This document shows, one piece after another, positions 16,663-18,898 of a stretch of DNA of 18,898 bases. Origin of the DNA: Candidatus Krumholzibacteriota bacterium (GTDB lineage: Bacteria > Krumholzibacteriota > Krumholzibacteriia > LZORAL124-64-63); assembly GCA_039714075.1 (NCBI GenBank), contig JBDLKA010000068.1, positions 1 to 18,898 of the forward strand, given 5' to 3'. Position 1 is the first letter of the stretch; each line of letters opens with the position of its first letter. The notes beneath the pieces were generated by a model. It saw only the letters and a program-made list of their open reading frames with translations, had not been told where the DNA came from and ran no database searches. The position numbers and the translations under genes are program-made.

Positions 16663-17046
16663 TTGCCCAGACCACCGAAACCACGAGCCGTGCGCCATGA
16701 CCCGGAAGTGGTCTATTTCAAACCGGCCGGAGTACCCGTCCGGCTGCTCGAAGAGGTGACCCTGGGGCTGGACGAGCTCGAGGCTTTGCGTCTGGCGGAC
16801 CTGGAAAACCTTTCCCACGAAGAAGTTGGAGAGATGATGAACGTGTCGCGAGCCACGGCAGGACGCATCCTGGCCGAAGCTCGCCGCAAGACGGCCGCCG
16901 CCCTCGTCCATGGGTGGGCCATTAGGGTGGAGGGCGGCGCCGTCAAAACCGTCGAGAATATTGCCGGTGAACGATGTGGGCCCCGAGGCCGCGGAAGGGG
17001 TCGCGGCAGGGGCCGCGGGCGCCGGTGCGGCGGAGGCGGATGCTGA
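16663..17046 (+). CDS. DUF134 family predicted DNA-binding (sigma region-4-like HTH) protein
   Basis: TTG start after AGGAGG. MPRP.K.R.V...P....FKP.GVP...LEEV.L.LDELEALRLADLE.L.HEE....M.VSR.T..RIL..AR.K.A.ALV.G.AIR.EGG, with a GR-rich Cys-containing tail. Confidence 0.9.
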   Translation: MPRPPKPRAVRHDPEVVYFKPAGVPVRLLEEVTLGLDELEALRLADLENLSHEEVGEMMNVSRATAGRILAEARRKTAAALVHGWAIRVEGGAVKTVENIAGERCGPRGRGRGRGRGRGRRCGGGGC

Positions 17047-17087
17047 ACTGGTCGATAAAAGAATCGAATACATCAAGGAGAGACGAT

Positions 17088-17348
17088 ATGCCTGGCGAAA
17101 ACAGAAGAGGACCATTGGGCGAAGGCCCCCGCACGGGACGTGGTCTCGGGCGCTGTAACAATCACGAAACGGATGATGGGAATGTGACCGATCAGCAGGA
17201 TGCCGGTCGTAACTTCGTTCCAGGGTCGGGTCGCGGCATGGGCCGCGGATCTGGAGACCGACCTGGGCGAGGCCCTGGAAGAGGGCCCGGAAGAGGTTCC
17301 GGTCGTGGGCCTGGCCGCGGCCGTGGGTTCGGCCGGGGTAACCGCTGA
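17088..17348 (+). CDS. DUF5320 family Gly/Arg-rich small protein
   Basis: ATG 17088 after AAGGAG. N-terminal motif MPGENRRGPLGEGPRTGRGLGRC, followed by GRGx repeats. Confidence 0.8.
   Translation: MPGENRRGPLGEGPRTGRGLGRCNNHETDDGNVTDQQDAGRNFVPGSGRGMGRGSGDRPGRGPGRGPGRGSGRGPGRGRGFGRGNR
17229..17339 (+). repeat. Degenerate 12-bp coding tandem repeat (GRGP/GRGS/GRGM units)
   Basis: ggtcgcggcatg ggccgcggatct ggagaccgacct gggcgaggccct ggaagagggccc ggaagaggttcc ggtcgtgggcct ggccgcggccgt. Confidence 0.7.
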
Positions 17349-17356
17349 GTAATCAT

Positions 17357-17386
17357 TTGATCGAACCGGGTGGGCGAAGGTAGAAT
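17357..17386 (+). promoter_or_regulatory. Possible sigma70-like promoter for the hemolysin III gene
   Basis: TTGATC-N18-TAGAAT, about 60 nt upstream of ATG 17449. Confidence 0.35.
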
Positions 17387-17448
17387 CCCCGGCAAGTAAT
17401 CCGCGTTCTCTTGAACGCCCATTTCCCAGATTTCCTGGAGCCCACCCC

Positions 17449-18111
17449 ATGAGCCAGCATTCTCCCGAGAAGGATTACACCACCGGTGAAGAAATCGCCC
17501 ACGCGGTCACCCACGGCCTGGGGCTGCTGCTGAGTGTCGCCGCCTGTTCGATCCTGGTCATTCTGGCCAGCCAACGCGGCAACGTGTGGCACATTACCGG
17601 GGTGGCCGTTTTCGGAGCCACGCTGATCGTGCTCTACGCCGCTTCCACCCTCTATCATTCCCTGACCCACAAAAAGGCCAAGCGGGTATTTAAATTCCTG
17701 GACTACTCGGCCATCTACCTGCTGATCGCCGGCACCTACACGCCCTTCACCCTGGTGACCCTGCGCGGCGGATGGGGATGGACCCTGTTCGGCCTGGCCT
17801 GGGGATTGGCGGTCGCAGGTGCGGTCGTGGAGGTGGCCACGCGCCGGAGGTACAAGGCCGTCTCGATGGCTTTCTACCTGGGGATGGGTTGGTTGATCGT
17901 GATCGCCATCAAGCCGCTGTATGCGGCGTTGGATACGCGGGGATTGATATTGATGGGAATTGGCGGGGCGGCCTACACCGGGGGCGCGGCTTTGTATGCG
18001 CTGGGGAAGTTCCGGTACCATCACGCGGTGTGGCACGTGCTGGTTCTGGTGGGGAGTTTTTGCCATTTTCTGGCGGTGCTTTATTCGGTTATTCCGGATG
18101 AGGGTGGGTGA
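17449..18111 (+). CDS. trhA: Hemolysin III / PAQR family membrane protein (TrhA/YqfA-like)
   Basis: YTTGEEIAHAVTHGLG, ASTLYHS, LDYSAIYLLIAGTYTPF, YLGMGW, GGAAYTGGA and HAVWHVLVL.GS.CH. About 7 TMs. GGAG RBS. Confidence 0.92.
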   Translation: MSQHSPEKDYTTGEEIAHAVTHGLGLLLSVAACSILVILASQRGNVWHITGVAVFGATLIVLYAASTLYHSLTHKKAKRVFKFLDYSAIYLLIAGTYTPFTLVTLRGGWGWTLFGLAWGLAVAGAVVEVATRRRYKAVSMAFYLGMGWLIVIAIKPLYAALDTRGLILMGIGGAAYTGGAALYALGKFRYHHAVWHVLVLVGSFCHFLAVLYSVIPDEGG

Positions 18112-18135
18112 TTGCCGGAGGCGACACCCATGGCG

Positions 18136-18181
18136 AAACATCAAAAAGAGGTGCCCCCGGGGACACCTCTTTTTGATGTTT
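18136..18181. terminator. 46-bp near-perfect palindrome (terminator or REP-like)
   Basis: AAACATCAAAAAGAGGTG-CCCCCGGGGA-CACCTCTTTTTGATGTTT. Perfect 18-bp arms, one mismatch in the core. Confidence 0.75.
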
Positions 18182-18264
18182 GAACCCTCGCCAGGGAAAG
18201 ATATCAACCCTATCATTTCCACAAGCATGGAGCCGCGCCCGAAAACCAGCGACAGGAGGAAACC

Positions 18265-18696
18265 ATGACCAATACCGTGACGACCCCCAAGCACCTGTGG
18301 ATCATCGGCATCGTCTCGTTGCTCTGGAACATGATGGGAGCCTACGACTACCTCATGACCCAGACGAAAAACGCCGCCTACATGGCGAAGTTCGAGCCGG
18401 CGCAGCTCGACTATTTCTACAATTTCCCGGCCTGGGTCGTGGTTTTCTGGGCCCTTGCGGTGTGGGGTGCCGTTCTCGGCAGCGTTCTGCTCCTGATGCG
18501 AAAGCGCCTGGCTGCGCCGGTGTTCCTGGTGTCCTTTGCCTCCATGGTCATCACGGCCATCTACAACTTCGGCCTGTCCAACGGCATGGAAGTGATGGGT
18601 TCCACCGGATTCGTGTTCACGGTGGTGATCTTCTTCACGGCCCTGGGATTGTGGCTCTATGCCCGGGCCATGCAGGTGCGGGGCGTTCTTTCCTGA
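18265..18696 (+). CDS. Conserved hypothetical 4-TM membrane protein
   Basis: AGGAGG RBS, strong GC3 codon bias, and motifs PKHLWIIGIVSLLWN.MGAYDY...P.W....WA..VW...LGS.LLL.R. Four hydrophobic segments. Confidence 0.8.
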   Translation: MTNTVTTPKHLWIIGIVSLLWNMMGAYDYLMTQTKNAAYMAKFEPAQLDYFYNFPAWVVVFWALAVWGAVLGSVLLLMRKRLAAPVFLVSFASMVITAIYNFGLSNGMEVMGSTGFVFTVVIFFTALGLWLYARAMQVRGVLS

Positions 18697-18748
18697 CCCT
18701 CGCCCGGTGAAAAACGGGAAGGAAAAAGGTGCAGGGACCGCCGGCAGG

Positions 18749-18898
18749 CTAGTCGCCTTTTGCCGAGGTCCAAAGCATGATCCGCGACCCGTTTTCGAGC
18801 CGGTGATCCAGCAGGAGAGCGGGGCCGCGCCGGGCAAGGTCGGCGTAGGACACGCTCAGATCCAGATGCCCCCAGTCCTTTCGCACCGCCGCGATCAT
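18749..18898 (-). CDS. 3' end (partial) of a hypothetical protein
   Basis: Not in the ORF track. The minus frame is open from the window edge to TAG (18751-18749): MIAAVRKDWGHLDLSVSYADLARRGPALLLDHRLENGSRIMLWTSAKGD*. Confidence 0.55.
   Translation of the reverse strand: MIAAVRKDWGHLDLSVSYADLARRGPALLLDHRLENGSRIMLWTSAKGD

Noticed and set aside
17449..18111. Toxin or virulence interpretation of 'hemolysin III'
   Set aside because: The PAQR/TrhA family is a widespread membrane-homeostasis family. No secretion or toxin context is present.
17920..18111. Shift to G/T-rich, C-poor codons at the 3' end of the hemolysin III gene
   Set aside because: The frame and family motifs are intact, and the segment is too short to support recombination or foreign origin by eye.
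1199..18181. CRISPR array or integron attC cassette array from the repeated palindromes
   Set aside because: The copies are kilobases apart with no regular spacers, no cas or integrase gene, and no RYYYAAC/GTTRRRY ends. The flanking genes are in mixed orientation.
15185..18837. Long alternative ORFs 15185..16309 (+) and 17353..18837 (-)
   Set aside because: They are antisense to recognisable genes, and the second runs through an intergenic palindrome. Long stop-free shadow frames are expected at high GC.

Overview
GC-rich bacterial chromosomal window. The C-terminal sorting-type domains suggest an FCB-superphylum lineage such as Krumholzibacteriota/Latescibacterota (inference only). No rRNA, tRNA, CRISPR array or transposase is visible. 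From left to right: the 3' end of a beta-barrel (DUF3943-like) gene; a DUF4405 membrane protein; an AT-rich structured spacer; a secreted fusion of a degenerate amidohydrolase and an S9 peptidase; an Asp-box beta-propeller protein and a di-haem CcP/MauG-family peroxidase, convergent and both ending in a T9SS/FlgD-like C-terminal domain; a three-gene ABC-2 exporter; a DUF6311-like membrane protein with an apparently permuted ILEI-like domain; a divergent metallo-cofactor-type locus (DUF134 + DUF5320 versus NifX-like, two ferredoxin-containing MinD-like ATPases, NifX-like, PaaI thioesterase) with an operator-like palindrome over the promoter; a hemolysin III protein; a small 4-TM protein; and a partial gene at the right edge. 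The main leads are the DUF134/NifX/ATPase-pair module and its operator, the sorting-domain-tagged di-haem peroxidase, the pseudo-amidohydrolase fusion, and a family of dispersed CCCCGGGG-centred palindromes.
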